Positions 9,801 through 19,752 of a DNA stretch of 64,000 nucleotides are shown here, in pieces. The DNA is from SAR324 cluster bacterium (lineage in GTDB: Bacteria > SAR324 > NAC60-12), in the NCBI GenBank assembly GCA_029245725.1, contig JAQWOT010000201.1, positions 3,059 to 67,058 on the forward strand, in the 5' to 3' direction. Position numbers and translations under genes: made by a program. The notes beneath the pieces were generated by a model. The model saw only the letters and a list, made by a program, of their open reading frames with translations. It ran no database searches and was not told where the DNA came from. Each line of letters starts with the position of its first letter. Positions within the stretch are counted from its first letter, which is position 1.

Positions 9801-11018
9801 CTATTCTTTTTGATTAAATATATGAAATTCAAAAAGTAGAGAGATGAGTCGGTATTTAGAAAGTCTGTCTTGGCAGAATTGAAGAAGTAGTGGCATATCG
9901 GTGATAGTAGGGGACCATGGCTGTACGAGTGCATGAACATCACTCCGATTTTCTCCCTCCAGCAACTTGGGGAGATTCTGACCCAGATCTAGTTGGTGTT
10001 CTTGTTCCAGTATGACCTCCATCCGCTGAATAAAATATTGCATGAGTTCACGAGGCAGCCGACTGGTGAGTACCACTGCTTCAGTATCCAACAGACTGTG
10101 GATATTGATAACAGCCAAAGAGAGAGCTTGTGCTGCCTGTTCGACCCACTGATCAAAAATTTGACGCTGTTCACTACTGTCTTCACTAAGTTGAGTAATT
10201 TTTGATTTTTCGATTCCGGCTTTGCTTAGTTTGTTGAGCAGTAGAAATAAGGAGGCATGCTCTAACAGCAAGCTACTCTGGCCTGGAGAACCAATCTGCA
10301 TCAGAGCTAAGTCTCCTGCGTTGCTGTTGGTTCCTCGTAGGATGTCTCCATCACAAACAACCCTTCCCCCAATCACTACATCTAAGAACAGGTAGACGAA
10401 ATTATTCACTCGTTTGCCAACCCCAAAAAGCATCTCTGCTATCGCAGCGGCTGTTCTATCATTTTCCATGAATACATCGCAGCCAAAGCTCTGTTCCAGC
10501 GCATCAACAACATCAAAGCCTGCCCAAGCAGCGAGACGGTCTGATGTTTCCTGGTCCAGCCCTAACTCATTGTGCCATGCTTCCAACCGAAACGGTACTG
10601 CCACTCCAATACCTGCCAGTCGAAGAGCGCTTCCTGGATTGTTTGAAAACAATTGGTTGCTTTGCTGGAGAATGAGTTCCATCTCAGCCTCAGGTTGTGA
10701 GAGATCTTGCTGTAGAAAAACACGATCAATCACGACTCACGTGAAATCGACTAATACAATGGTGATATCCTTACGTCCTAACTTGATCCCCAGAGAGTAA
10801 GCGCCTTAAGAATTAAGTTGGATCTGGGTTGCGGGTTTGCCAATGGACCCATAGCGTTTGTGGGTTTCTACAACCAGTTCGTCCTTCAATAGTTTATTCA
10901 TGAGCACGGATGCAGTTTGTGCGCTCAAACCGGTCATCCTTGAGATTTCTGCGCGGGACAGTTCTCCGTGGTGTCGCAAGCACTGTAGAACCAATCTTGC
11001 GTTTTGCGAATATTCCAT
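9801..11018 (-). pseudogene. ROK-family transcriptional regulator (NagC/Mlc-like: N-terminal wHTH plus ROK sugar-kinase fold) interrupted by two in-frame stops
   Basis: The HTH ORF (11018..10806) and the ROK-domain ORF (10733..9801) are in the same frame. The 22 codons between them translate to GAYSLGIKLGRKDITIVLVDFT, the canonical start of a ROK domain. In-frame TAA at 10806-10808 and TGA at 10737-10739. Confidence 0.65.
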
Positions 11019-11072
11019 GGGGGCTTTAATTGTTAGAAAAAATGGCTGGTGTCAAAGGATTTGCCAGAGAAG

Positions 11073-11097
11073 TTGACAAAGTCAATCTTTTGACAAA
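11073..11097. promoter_or_regulatory. Inverted repeat TTGACaaaGTCAA followed 5 bp later by a second TTGACAAA; candidate operator in the ROK-regulator upstream region
   Basis: Seen directly in the 244-bp gap upstream of the (minus-strand) ROK gene start. Confidence 0.25.
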
Positions 11098-11262
11098 TTG
11101 ATGCGCTATATTGAGAAGTTGCTTAGGTATTGCCGAAGAACAAGATGATCTGCTTGAAGGGAGTCAGCCAGGGCAGGGTTTTCACGATATTGTTGTGCTC
11201 AGACAGACGTATGTGAAATCTGTGAATGTAGCGAATAGGTTGTTTGACAGGGTTTGTTTTGT

Positions 11263-14019
11263 TCAGAATTGGAGCCCAACCATGAACTCACTGCTCCAGA
11301 TAATGTTATAATTTCCCTTTGCATCAGCGAATCCCAGAGAAACCTTATTAGGGTCAAGGTAGATACCAGCCCCAATAAATAAGGTTTTATTTGCCAAATA
11401 GTGCAGGCCGGAACCAAGCTGACCTGTAAAAATTCTACCATCCAATGTTTCTTCAAGGCGTTGGTTGGAGTCCTCTTCTGTCCGTTTAGCAGATAGAAAA
11501 TTGTAGGAGAGGCGTAACTCTGGTTGTAGTCTCCATTCGGGCGAAAAATACCAAGCGTAGCCTCCGGATGCCTGCAGCCTGTATTCTTCTAATTCAATTG
11601 CGACACTACGATTCTGGGTATGATTCTGCCCAGTCAATTCTACTCTTTCTAGGGCAACCCCAACTGTTAGGTGAGAGGCCCAATGATGATTGTAGTACAG
11701 TCCTTGGCTTTGGCCACTGAGATTCAAATCTGTTCCTGTTTCTGAGTACTCACCACGTTGCATTCGACCAGCAAGAGCAACATATTGTAGACCACTCATA
11801 GCTCTGATCATCGTTGGTGGTAGCTCAGGGGTCTGGTCTTCAACAGCAACAATGACCTCAACAGTGTCCAATCCTTTGTAGTTTTCTTCACCCTGCGTAA
11901 CGGACACCAACAGCTGGTAGGTTGAACTAGCTTCTGCAACTTCATCTGGTAGGCCACGAACAGTCACACTCTGTTCAAAATTCCAGTCTTCCGGAGTGAA
12001 AATCAGTTGTTCTGGTAGCACAGAGAAGTCATCTGGAGCAGATGACTTGAGCTGGAGATGCACTGCTTCATTGGGACGGCTATTCAGGCGGACCTGTAGT
12101 TGGTCTTCACCAAAACTTTCGCTTACTCGTAGGTTTCCTGTTGAAGTTAGTATGCCCGGTTGGTCATTGTCTTCATTGGTGCCAACCAAATCTGTTGCGT
12201 CCAAACCTTGGTAGAGCTGATCGTTACTTTCAGCAGGTAGAATATTTATCAAGAAAAATTGAGAACCATCCAATCGTTCATCGTCTAAACCTTGGATGTT
12301 TACTCGCTGAGGTTGGTCCCAGTTTTCGGGTTGGATGACGATTGCCTCTGGATTGATGCTGACCTCGTTTGGCTGAGAGGTGCGCAGAGGAATACGCACC
12401 AAAGCCTCAGGTCTGCTCTGCAATAGCACTTCAAAGTGGTCACTAGTTCCAGATTCACTGGTACTGAGCCGTTCAGGTGCTCGGATCAGAATGCTTGCGA
12501 TATCATCATCACGATTAGTTAGGGTGAGTTGTTGGGATGCTAGTGCAACGTACTCTGGGCTGTTCCCAAGTACTCTCACAAAAATAGTCACGGTTTGGTC
12601 ACCATCTGCCAAATTATCATCTTTGCCAACGACCAGCAGCCGTTGACGAACGTTCCAGTTACTTTTGTCAAAGGTGAGTGAGTTTGGAAATAGTGTGGCT
12701 TCATCGGCTTTATCCAGAGAGAGTTCTGCGATTACTTCTCCCTTTGGTTCACTAAGTAGTCGAATGGATACCTCAGAACTCTCACCCTCTTCGCTGATCT
12801 GATCTGAACTGCTCTCCAACTCTAACGCAGCGATGTCATCGTCACTGTTAATCAAGGGAATTTGGAGGGTGGATAGCTTCTGATAGGCCTCATCCGTCGA
12901 ATCTATTGTAATTGATAATTCGTAGGATTGGTCACCATCCTGTTGAAGATCGTCAAGTCCCTCTACGACTAATTGCTGAGTACGATCCCAGTCGGCAGCT
13001 GTGAAGCGCATTTCCTGAGAAGAGACTTTCCCTTCCGTATCGTCTGAAGACTCAATTTTCAACTGGACTGGACTGCGCGGCTGGCTTCGCAATCTCAAGT
13101 CAAAGTTGGCTTGGGCTCCTGCCTCAGTTGTTACCCCTCTTTCTGGATCGATCACAATTCCTGGATTTTCGTCATCTTCGACCAGCAATTGTAAGCGAAG
13201 TGGGGGAAGCTTGATGTAGCTTTGATCTGTGGTTGATTTAACCGAAGCAAGAACTTCTACAGGGCGATCTGGATTATCAAAGGGATCATCAACTGCTTGA
13301 ACCCGAAGTAATTGAGGTTTTGGCCAACTGTCAGGAGTAATTTGAATTTCATCTGGAGCAACCTGGATGAAATCAGGATGCTTATTGTCCACCCGTAAAG
13401 TGACGGGATTCATAGGGCGACTGAGTAGGGAAATTTCATATATGACAGGAACCCCTCCCTCTTGTAGTCGACCAGGTTGGCGAGTTACGGACCAATCAAC
13501 TACATCGTTATCCAAACTTTGCAGGACAAGACCAACAGGAGCAGCTTGTCGGAAGCGAGTGTCTTCCGTGGCAGCTACAGCAAGCTGTAAGGTTACTGTA
13601 CGATCACCAGCTGCAATATCGTCATCAATACTTCTAACTGGAATGTGGCGTGGCTGATTCCAGTCACTTGTCGTGAAGGTTAGTTCGTCTGCGTCCAGAA
13701 TTACTTCATCAGCCAGCGCGCTACGTAAGCTGATTCGGACGGAGGAGGCAGGTTGGCGGTTTAGCTGAATTGTGATGTTAGTTCCCTCATCTCCCTCCAG
13801 AACGGATGATTCCTCCAAGTGAGCTAGAATGCGAGCTTTTGGAAAATCACCACAACGCCAGGCAATGACATCGTCTAGTAAACCCTGCAGTCGCAATTCA
13901 CGACGTTTTTCCACAGAACACTGTATGAGTGAACTTTCTTGTCCCAATACTGCTGAGAAAGGGAGGTTGATACCAAGGTAGATCAGTAGGGTAGAAAGCA
14001 GGCGTTGGGAAAGGTTCAT
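11263..14019 (-). CDS. Large secreted surface protein with about 7 Calx-beta-like repeats and a C-terminal outer-membrane beta-barrel
   Basis: 918 aa. N-terminal signal peptide. Recurring repeat signature (DDDIA.. / GLDD..DG). C-terminus ends ...EFMVGLQF with a terminal Phe, typical of OMP beta-barrels. Confidence 0.75.
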   Translation of the reverse strand: MNLSQRLLSTLLIYLGINLPFSAVLGQESSLIQCSVEKRRELRLQGLLDDVIAWRCGDFPKARILAHLEESSVLEGDEGTNITIQLNRQPASSVRISLRSALADEVILDADELTFTTSDWNQPRHIPVRSIDDDIAAGDRTVTLQLAVAATEDTRFRQAAPVGLVLQSLDNDVVDWSVTRQPGRLQEGGVPVIYEISLLSRPMNPVTLRVDNKHPDFIQVAPDEIQITPDSWPKPQLLRVQAVDDPFDNPDRPVEVLASVKSTTDQSYIKLPPLRLQLLVEDDENPGIVIDPERGVTTEAGAQANFDLRLRSQPRSPVQLKIESSDDTEGKVSSQEMRFTAADWDRTQQLVVEGLDDLQQDGDQSYELSITIDSTDEAYQKLSTLQIPLINSDDDIAALELESSSDQISEEGESSEVSIRLLSEPKGEVIAELSLDKADEATLFPNSLTFDKSNWNVRQRLLVVGKDDNLADGDQTVTIFVRVLGNSPEYVALASQQLTLTNRDDDIASILIRAPERLSTSESGTSDHFEVLLQSRPEALVRIPLRTSQPNEVSINPEAIVIQPENWDQPQRVNIQGLDDERLDGSQFFLINILPAESNDQLYQGLDATDLVGTNEDNDQPGILTSTGNLRVSESFGEDQLQVRLNSRPNEAVHLQLKSSAPDDFSVLPEQLIFTPEDWNFEQSVTVRGLPDEVAEASSTYQLLVSVTQGEENYKGLDTVEVIVAVEDQTPELPPTMIRAMSGLQYVALAGRMQRGEYSETGTDLNLSGQSQGLYYNHHWASHLTVGVALERVELTGQNHTQNRSVAIELEEYRLQASGGYAWYFSPEWRLQPELRLSYNFLSAKRTEEDSNQRLEETLDGRIFTGQLGSGLHYLANKTLFIGAGIYLDPNKVSLGFADAKGNYNIIWSSEFMVGLQF

Positions 14020-14085
14020 AGCTCAGTCAGTTCGGGTTGACGTCTGCTATAATCCTTTCAAAAATTCGACCATTTTTCTGGAGAG

Positions 14086-14712
14086 TCAGTAGACACAGAG
14101 CTGGACTGGTTGGGAGAGCATCCCACCGTAGAAGGCGATAGGATGTACAAGATAGGCGTTGAGTAGATAGAAGAGTGCCACACCAACCAGAGGAGAGATG
14201 TCGAAGCGCATTCGAGGAAGATAACGTTGTAGTGGAGAGAGCAGTGGGTCTGCCAAAGTATGGAGGACCTGAACAATAGGATTATTGTAAGCAGGATTGA
14301 TCAGGGTCAGGAAGAACCAAAAGCCTAAGATCAGCATGAAGAAGAAGAAAACACTTTGGGCAATGATACTATTAGACTGGATGAGATGCCCAACAAACTG
14401 AAGTGCCAAAGCATCTACTTCAATTATCCCCTGCAGAAACAGATTGATCGAACGGACAGACGCTGGAATGAGCGCCTGTCCAAAAATTACCAGTAGCAGA
14501 GAAAAGTAGGCGCTGAAGTGCCTCATGGTGAGCGGTAGCCATCTTTCACACCAATACCAGAAAGGTCGAGTGACTCGGTTGATCCATGACACGAACGGGT
14601 TGTAGGGATCTGCACTGACCCATGTTAGGACAACAGCAATGATGATGATCCACTTGTAGACAAAGAGACCAAAGCAGGTCCCGCTAGCGATCAGTTCGAG
14701 CAAATCAGGCAT
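14086..14712 (-). CDS. YggT-family integral membrane protein (two YggT repeats)
   Basis: Start is probably the internal Met (MPDLLELIA...), 8 nt inside the iscA-like gene. Two repeats carry a YggT-like signature (…VLTWVSADPYNPFVSWINRVTRPF… and …INPAYNNPIVQVLHTLADPLLSPLQRYLP…). Confidence 0.6.
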   Translation of the reverse strand: MPDLLELIASGTCFGLFVYKWIIIIAVVLTWVSADPYNPFVSWINRVTRPFWYWCERWLPLTMRHFSAYFSLLLVIFGQALIPASVRSINLFLQGIIEVDALALQFVGHLIQSNSIIAQSVFFFFMLILGFWFFLTLINPAYNNPIVQVLHTLADPLLSPLQRYLPRMRFDISPLVGVALFYLLNAYLVHPIAFYGGMLSQPVQLCVY

Positions 14713-15082
14713 AAGCGGGGAGGTCACGAACTGGAGTGAATGACTCTCCACAGCCACATTGACGTCCGCTGCTGAGCTGAATGAACACGAATCCTTGCTC
14801 AACAAGGTTGGCGTCACTGTAGTCAATCTTTAGAGGGCCGAGAACTTCCTCTAGGCAGAGCTGATCAACCAAAATTTGGACCCCCTGTGATTCAAGCAGA
14901 AGATCACTCTCCAGTTGATCTTTAGAGGCGTTCCATTCCAATTCGTATTTATAGCCGGAGCAACCCCCTGGCTTGGCTCCAATGCGCAGACGGGATTCTG
15001 CTAGGCTTTTCTGTTCTGCCGAACAAGCTTCTCGAAAAACCTCAGCTGCTCTCGGTGTAAGTTCGATTGTAGGTGAGTTCAT
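14705..15082 (-). CDS. Fe-S cluster insertion protein, IscA/ErpA/HesB family
   Basis: 125 aa with the C-terminal CGCGESF motif characteristic of A-type carriers. Confidence 0.8.
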   Translation of the reverse strand: MNSPTIELTPRAAEVFREACSAEQKSLAESRLRIGAKPGGCSGYKYELEWNASKDQLESDLLLESQGVQILVDQLCLEEVLGPLKIDYSDANLVEQGFVFIQLSSGRQCGCGESFTPVRDLPAYA

Positions 15083-15100
15083 TTTGTTTTCAGAAAATAC

Positions 15101-15817
15101 TTAGTAGCGTGGAATACTGGAATCGACTTCGTCAGACCAACGATCAATGCCACCATCAATATTGAAAACCTGTTGAAAACCACGGGAAATAAAAAATTGT
15201 GCAGCTTCCATACTCCGGATACCGCGATGGCACATCAGCAGCAGGGGAGTGTTCGCATCCCATTGGTTCAGAATTTCATCAGCGAGCTTGTGATCAAGTA
15301 CTTGAGACCGTTCCAGGTTTGCATATTCTCGCTCATCAGGCTCACGAATGTCCAGTACCGTTAGCTCAGAGTTTTCTTCAAGCATTTGCTTGGCTTGTGT
15401 GGGCGAAATGGCCTGAACTTGGGCGGGAGGAGGAGGAGGCTCAAAGTTTTGCTCAGGATATGCTTCTTGCAGCAATTCTCGTAGTTCACCGGATTGTGAG
15501 AGTTCCTCTATGATGTCACATCCACCAACAAATTCTCGATTTACATAGAGTTGAGGGATAGTAGGCCAATTTGTGAACTCTTTGATGCCTTGTCGAATAT
15601 CAGGATCTGCCAAGACATTGAAGGAGTGAAATGGCACTTTCCACCCTCGTAGGACCTCACAGACACGATAGGAAAACCCGCACTGTGGTGCTTCAGGGGT
15701 GCCTTTCATGAATAGAAAAATAGGGCTACTATCAATTAATCCTTCAATACGAACTTTCGAATCATCACTAGATTGTGATGAATCTGTCGCATCAGCCGAA
15801 ACAACCTTAAATTTCAT
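15101..15817 (-). CDS. Monothiol glutaredoxin (CGFS type) fused to a C-terminal rhodanese domain
   Basis: N-terminal half has the Grx4-like CGFS active site (…PEAPQCGFSYRV…). C-terminal half has the rhodanese catalytic loop (…LLMCHRGIRS…). Confidence 0.8.
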   Translation of the reverse strand: MKFKVVSADATDSSQSSDDSKVRIEGLIDSSPIFLFMKGTPEAPQCGFSYRVCEVLRGWKVPFHSFNVLADPDIRQGIKEFTNWPTIPQLYVNREFVGGCDIIEELSQSGELRELLQEAYPEQNFEPPPPPAQVQAISPTQAKQMLEENSELTVLDIREPDEREYANLERSQVLDHKLADEILNQWDANTPLLLMCHRGIRSMEAAQFFISRGFQQVFNIDGGIDRWSDEVDSSIPRY

Positions 15818-16018
15818 GATTACCTTTCCTTGTTGCTTACTTGATAATCCTCATATTTCTGACTCGGAGTAAATCAGTTTCGGTACAGATGCCGCAGAAG
15901 ATGAAGGATCGAGAATGATTTGGAGAATCTGTCTATGAAAAAAACTTCCTTTATTTCTCAAGCTTGCGGATGGAAGTTCCAGATAAAAATTGGGCATCGC
16001 CAAAAAATTGAGGATTTG

Positions 16019-16049
16019 TTGACATCTGCTAAAATTAAAAAAGTAAAAT
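16019..16049 (+). promoter_or_regulatory. Candidate sigma70-type promoter for ctaB (TTGACA … TAAAAT, spacer about 19)
   Basis: TTGACA at 16019-16024 in the AT-rich divergent intergenic region. A-rich -10-like hexamers follow, about 100 nt upstream of the ctaB ATG. Spacing is non-ideal. Confidence 0.2.
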
Positions 16050-16153
16050 TAGAATATTTGATTCTATGAAAAGTAGAAAGAGTTGGTTTTTTATCTTGCG
16101 AGAAGTGCACCGGTTTTGTGTAATCCCATTTCTGAAAAACCTTTAGGGATTCT

Positions 16154-17056
16154 ATGAGAACTAAGTCAATCACCTTCCTCTCCCCCATTGATCAGTGGCG
16201 TAGTCGCCTGGGTGACTACTGGACCCTCTGCAAGCCACGTTTGTTGGGTATGGTGGTATTGAGTGCGATGATGGGATACTACCTACCCGGAGTTACCAGC
16301 GATCCAGCAAAGATCTTTCACTTGATTCTTGGTACACTTCTGATCGGTGGTGGTGCGCATGTGCTCAATCAGTGGTTTGAGCGTGAGCAAGACGGCCGCA
16401 TGCGTAGGACTTGTCAGCGTCCGATCCCAACGGGGCGAGTCAGCGAAGAAGAAGCTATCTTATTAGGAGCTACGCTAAGCATCGTTGGTTTTAGCTATCT
16501 TTTCGCATTCACTGGCTGGCTCACGGCACTTTTGGGTGCTGCGACGCACCTGACATACCTTTTGCTCTACACCCCATTGAAGCAAAAAACGGTTGCCAAC
16601 ACTTGGGTTGGTGCCATAACTGGAGCCCTGCCTCCACTGATGGGCTGGAGTGCAGCAACCGGAGTTTTAGATTGGGGAGCACTCCCAATCTTTGCGGTAC
16701 TTTACCTGTGGCAGATGCCACATTTTTTCGCCATTGCTTGGATGTATCAGGACGAATACCATAAAGGTGGATTCCGGATGCTCTCCAGTATTGATGAAGA
16801 TGGCCGCTTGACTGCAGTGCACATGGTACTGCATATCACCCTACTGATTCTGGCCAGTGCTTCCGTATTCTGGTTTGAACAGGCAGGACCTTTCTTTCTT
16901 GTTGTTGCTACACTTTTGGGAGTCGGTTTCTTGATGCCAACTCTTCAATTCTGGCTGCACCGCAATGAGCAGAATGCGAGAAAGGTGTTTTTCGCATCAA
17001 TCATTTATCTGCCTGCCTGGTGTGTGGTGTTGACGTTGGATCGAATATTTCTATGA
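16154..17056 (+). CDS. ctaB: Protoheme IX farnesyltransferase (heme O synthase)
   Basis: 300 aa, polytopic, UbiA-family fold. It sits immediately upstream of coxBAC. Confidence 0.85.
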   Translation: MRTKSITFLSPIDQWRSRLGDYWTLCKPRLLGMVVLSAMMGYYLPGVTSDPAKIFHLILGTLLIGGGAHVLNQWFEREQDGRMRRTCQRPIPTGRVSEEEAILLGATLSIVGFSYLFAFTGWLTALLGAATHLTYLLLYTPLKQKTVANTWVGAITGALPPLMGWSAATGVLDWGALPIFAVLYLWQMPHFFAIAWMYQDEYHKGGFRMLSSIDEDGRLTAVHMVLHITLLILASASVFWFEQAGPFFLVVATLLGVGFLMPTLQFWLHRNEQNARKVFFASIIYLPAWCVVLTLDRIFL

Positions 17057-17077
17057 GGTAGGATGGAAGATCATATC

Positions 17078-17179
17078 ATGAAGAAACTCGATAGTGACGA
17101 GTTGGCCAGTAAAGCCTTCAGACTCGTGGCTGCGGGGTGTGCGCTATTCATCATAGCCGTTATATTGTATGTGCTGTAG
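17078..17179 (+). CDS. Unannotated 33-aa single-TM micro-protein (MKKLDSDELASKAFRLVAAGCALFIIAVILYVL)
   Basis: ATG to TAG, sitting exactly in the 130-nt gap between ctaB and coxB. Hydrophobic C-terminal helix. It is below the 60-aa cutoff of the ORF track. Confidence 0.3.
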   Translation: MKKLDSDELASKAFRLVAAGCALFIIAVILYVL

Positions 17180-17188
17180 GGAGTTAAA

Positions 17189-17956
17189 ATGATTGAGTAT
17201 TTTGTGCCTGGTGCTTCAACGTATGCTGGCGACATAGATTTCCTGTTCGATATGATCACGATCATTGTGGGTTTTTGGTTCGTGATGGTATTGGCAGTGA
17301 TGACCTATTTCATGGTTCGTTTCCGACGAAAAGAAGGTGTGCGAGCTGCTTACATCTCAGGTGATCCACATTCTCAGAAGAAATGGACGCACTATCCACA
17401 CTACTCCGTGATCGCACTTGACGTAGTTATTATCGTTTTTACGGTAATGGTTTGGGTAGATGTGAAACAAACCTTACCTCAAGCAGAGGATAAGATTCGA
17501 GTAGTGGGGCAGCAATGGAGCTGGTTCTTCATCCATTCAGGGCCTGATGGCAAACTGGGTACCGAAGATGATATCTCTAATGTCAATGACCTGCATGTGA
17601 AGAAAGACACTGTCTATCACTTCGAACTAGAATCTCGTGATGTTCTGCATAACTTCTCTGTTCCAGCCTTTCGACTGCGGCAGGACACTATCCCTGGACG
17701 TACGATTACCGGCTGGTTTGAGCCCAACAAAACGGGAGTGTATGACATTCAATGTGCAGAAATTTGTGGATATGGTCACGGAATTATGGGTGCAACAATC
17801 GTAGTTCATGAGGATCAGCAGTCCTATGACGCTGCTATGGAGTCGATCCGCAACCGAACCTACGAAAGTGATTATCAAAAACGACTTCAGAAGATGACCG
17901 TCAGTACGGCATCAAATAGCGAATCCTTCACAGACAAGCTGCTCAGCAGCTTCTAA
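17189..17956 (+). CDS. coxB: Cytochrome c oxidase subunit II (CuA; no fused cytochrome c domain)
   Basis: Two N-terminal TM helices and the CuA ligand motif …CAEICGYGHGIM…. Confidence 0.9.
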   Translation: MIEYFVPGASTYAGDIDFLFDMITIIVGFWFVMVLAVMTYFMVRFRRKEGVRAAYISGDPHSQKKWTHYPHYSVIALDVVIIVFTVMVWVDVKQTLPQAEDKIRVVGQQWSWFFIHSGPDGKLGTEDDISNVNDLHVKKDTVYHFELESRDVLHNFSVPAFRLRQDTIPGRTITGWFEPNKTGVYDIQCAEICGYGHGIMGATIVVHEDQQSYDAAMESIRNRTYESDYQKRLQKMTVSTASNSESFTDKLLSSF

Positions 17957-17981
17957 ACCAAGAAGTGTTTTAGGAGAAAGT

Positions 17982-19697
17982 ATGGGACAGACGACGGTCA
18001 CCCATGATAGTCATGCCGCTCACGAACATGACCATCACGAACAAAGCTTTATAATGAAGTACTTCTTCCCCACTGATCATAAGATCATTGGACTGCAGTA
18101 CATGTTTACGGGAATGTTCATGGCAATTGTCGGAGGGTACTTCGCCTATGCCTTTCGTATGCAGTTGGCTTTCCCTGGCATGGAAGTTCCGCTCTACGGT
18201 ACGATCGGACCGGGAGAATACAACATGCTGATCACCAACCACGGTTCAATCATGATTTTCTGGGTGGCGATGCCCGTACTCATCGCTGCTTTCGGAAACA
18301 TCCTGATTCCACTGATGATCGGCTGCGACGACATGGTCTTTCCAAGATTGAATCGTTTATCCTTCCAAATCTTTCTACTCAGTGTAGTAGTCCTGTTCAT
18401 GTCCTTCTTCGTACAAGGTGGAGGATTTGGCGGAGCCTGGACTTCTTATCCCCCCTTATCAGCAGTAGCCGAGTACAACTTGACGGACTGGGGAGCTTCG
18501 CTTTGGTTAATTGCTGTTGCCCTTGAGTTTGTGGCTTTCCTGATCGGAGGGATCAACTTTGTGACTACTTCAATGAACGCTCGTGCGCCAGGAATGCGGA
18601 TGACCGACATTCCCATGGTAGTCTGGATGATTGTCTTGGCTTCGATCATGTTCATGGCTTCAGTTGGTCCATTGATAGCTGGATCGATCATGCTTCTGAT
18701 GGACCAGCGAATTGGTACAACTTTCTTCGTTCCTTCTGGGGGTGGTGATCCAATACTTTGGCAGCACTTATTCTGGTTCTTTGGTCACCCAGAGGTATAT
18801 GTGGTCTTACTTCCAGCCCTAGGTATCGTCGCTGAGATCATGACAACCTTTGCTCGCAAGAAACTCTTTGGCTACAAGACAATTCTCTACACTACCTTCG
18901 CAACAGGCGGATTGGCATTTGTGGTTTGGGCGCACCACCAGTTTATTGCTGGGATTGACCCTCGCATGGCTAACATCTTTCTCGTTACAACCCTGCTGAT
19001 TTCAATTCCTATCGCCGAAATTTTATTCAGTTACATAGCTACGCTTTATGGAGGGTCAATTGAATTCCGAACCCCGATGCTGTGGGCACTGGGTTTCTTA
19101 ATTACCTTTCTGCTTGGTGGTGTCACAGGAATCTACCTTGGCTCTAGTGCCTTGGATATCTATTTTCATGACAGCTATTTTGTAATCGCACACTTCCACT
19201 ATACCTTTTTCCCCATTGCGATCATTGGGATGTTCGCAGGCTTGTACTACTGGTATCCAAAAATGTTTGGAAGAATGATGGATGAAACGTTAGGTAAGAT
19301 CCACTTCTGGGGTACAATCATTCCGTTCAATGGTATATTCTTACCTCTCTTCCTAGTTGGAATGGCTGGACAGCACCGACGAATTTATAATTTTCAGCAC
19401 TTTCCAGACTTGGCTACAGCCGATCTACAAGGAATCCGTGTCTTTGCAACGGTTTCCATGGTGACAATGCTGTTGTTTCAATTCGTCTTTGCATACAATT
19501 TTTTCGTCAGCATGTTCAAAGGAGAAAAGGCTCTAGCGAACCCTTGGAAATCTAACACACTAGAATGGACAGTTCCATCGCCTCCTCCCCACGGAAACTT
19601 TGCGGAACTTCCTACCGTTTACCGTGGGCCCTATGAGTACAGCGTTCCTGGTAATAAGGAAGACTACTGGCCTCAAAATATGCCTGATCGCAACTGA
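17982..19697 (+). CDS. coxA: Cytochrome c oxidase subunit I (heme-copper oxidase, A-type)
   Basis: 571 aa, 12+ TM helices, conserved His ligands (…WAHHQF…, …HFHYT…). Confidence 0.95.
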   Translation: MGQTTVTHDSHAAHEHDHHEQSFIMKYFFPTDHKIIGLQYMFTGMFMAIVGGYFAYAFRMQLAFPGMEVPLYGTIGPGEYNMLITNHGSIMIFWVAMPVLIAAFGNILIPLMIGCDDMVFPRLNRLSFQIFLLSVVVLFMSFFVQGGGFGGAWTSYPPLSAVAEYNLTDWGASLWLIAVALEFVAFLIGGINFVTTSMNARAPGMRMTDIPMVVWMIVLASIMFMASVGPLIAGSIMLLMDQRIGTTFFVPSGGGDPILWQHLFWFFGHPEVYVVLLPALGIVAEIMTTFARKKLFGYKTILYTTFATGGLAFVVWAHHQFIAGIDPRMANIFLVTTLLISIPIAEILFSYIATLYGGSIEFRTPMLWALGFLITFLLGGVTGIYLGSSALDIYFHDSYFVIAHFHYTFFPIAIIGMFAGLYYWYPKMFGRMMDETLGKIHFWGTIIPFNGIFLPLFLVGMAGQHRRIYNFQHFPDLATADLQGIRVFATVSMVTMLLFQFVFAYNFFVSMFKGEKALANPWKSNTLEWTVPSPPPHGNFAELPTVYRGPYEYSVPGNKEDYWPQNMPDRN

Positions 19698-19752
19698 TTA
19701 TGAACAAGGGAGAACTTTGTTTCTTCCCTTAATGACTTTCTGAGAAATCGTT

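Noticed and set aside
10737-10739. Could the in-frame TGA (where Gly is expected in the ROK domain) mean an alternative genetic code (TGA=Gly or Trp)?
   Set aside because: TGA clearly terminates thrS (…PPTLR-TGA) and other well-defined genes in this window. TAA and TAG also interrupt genes here, so reassignment would not explain the pattern.
15935-16069. 44-aa AT-rich ORF (MKKTSFISQACGWKFQIKIG…) in the grx/ctaB divergent intergenic region
   Set aside because: Its composition matches the AT-rich promoter region, there is no RBS, and it is more likely non-coding.
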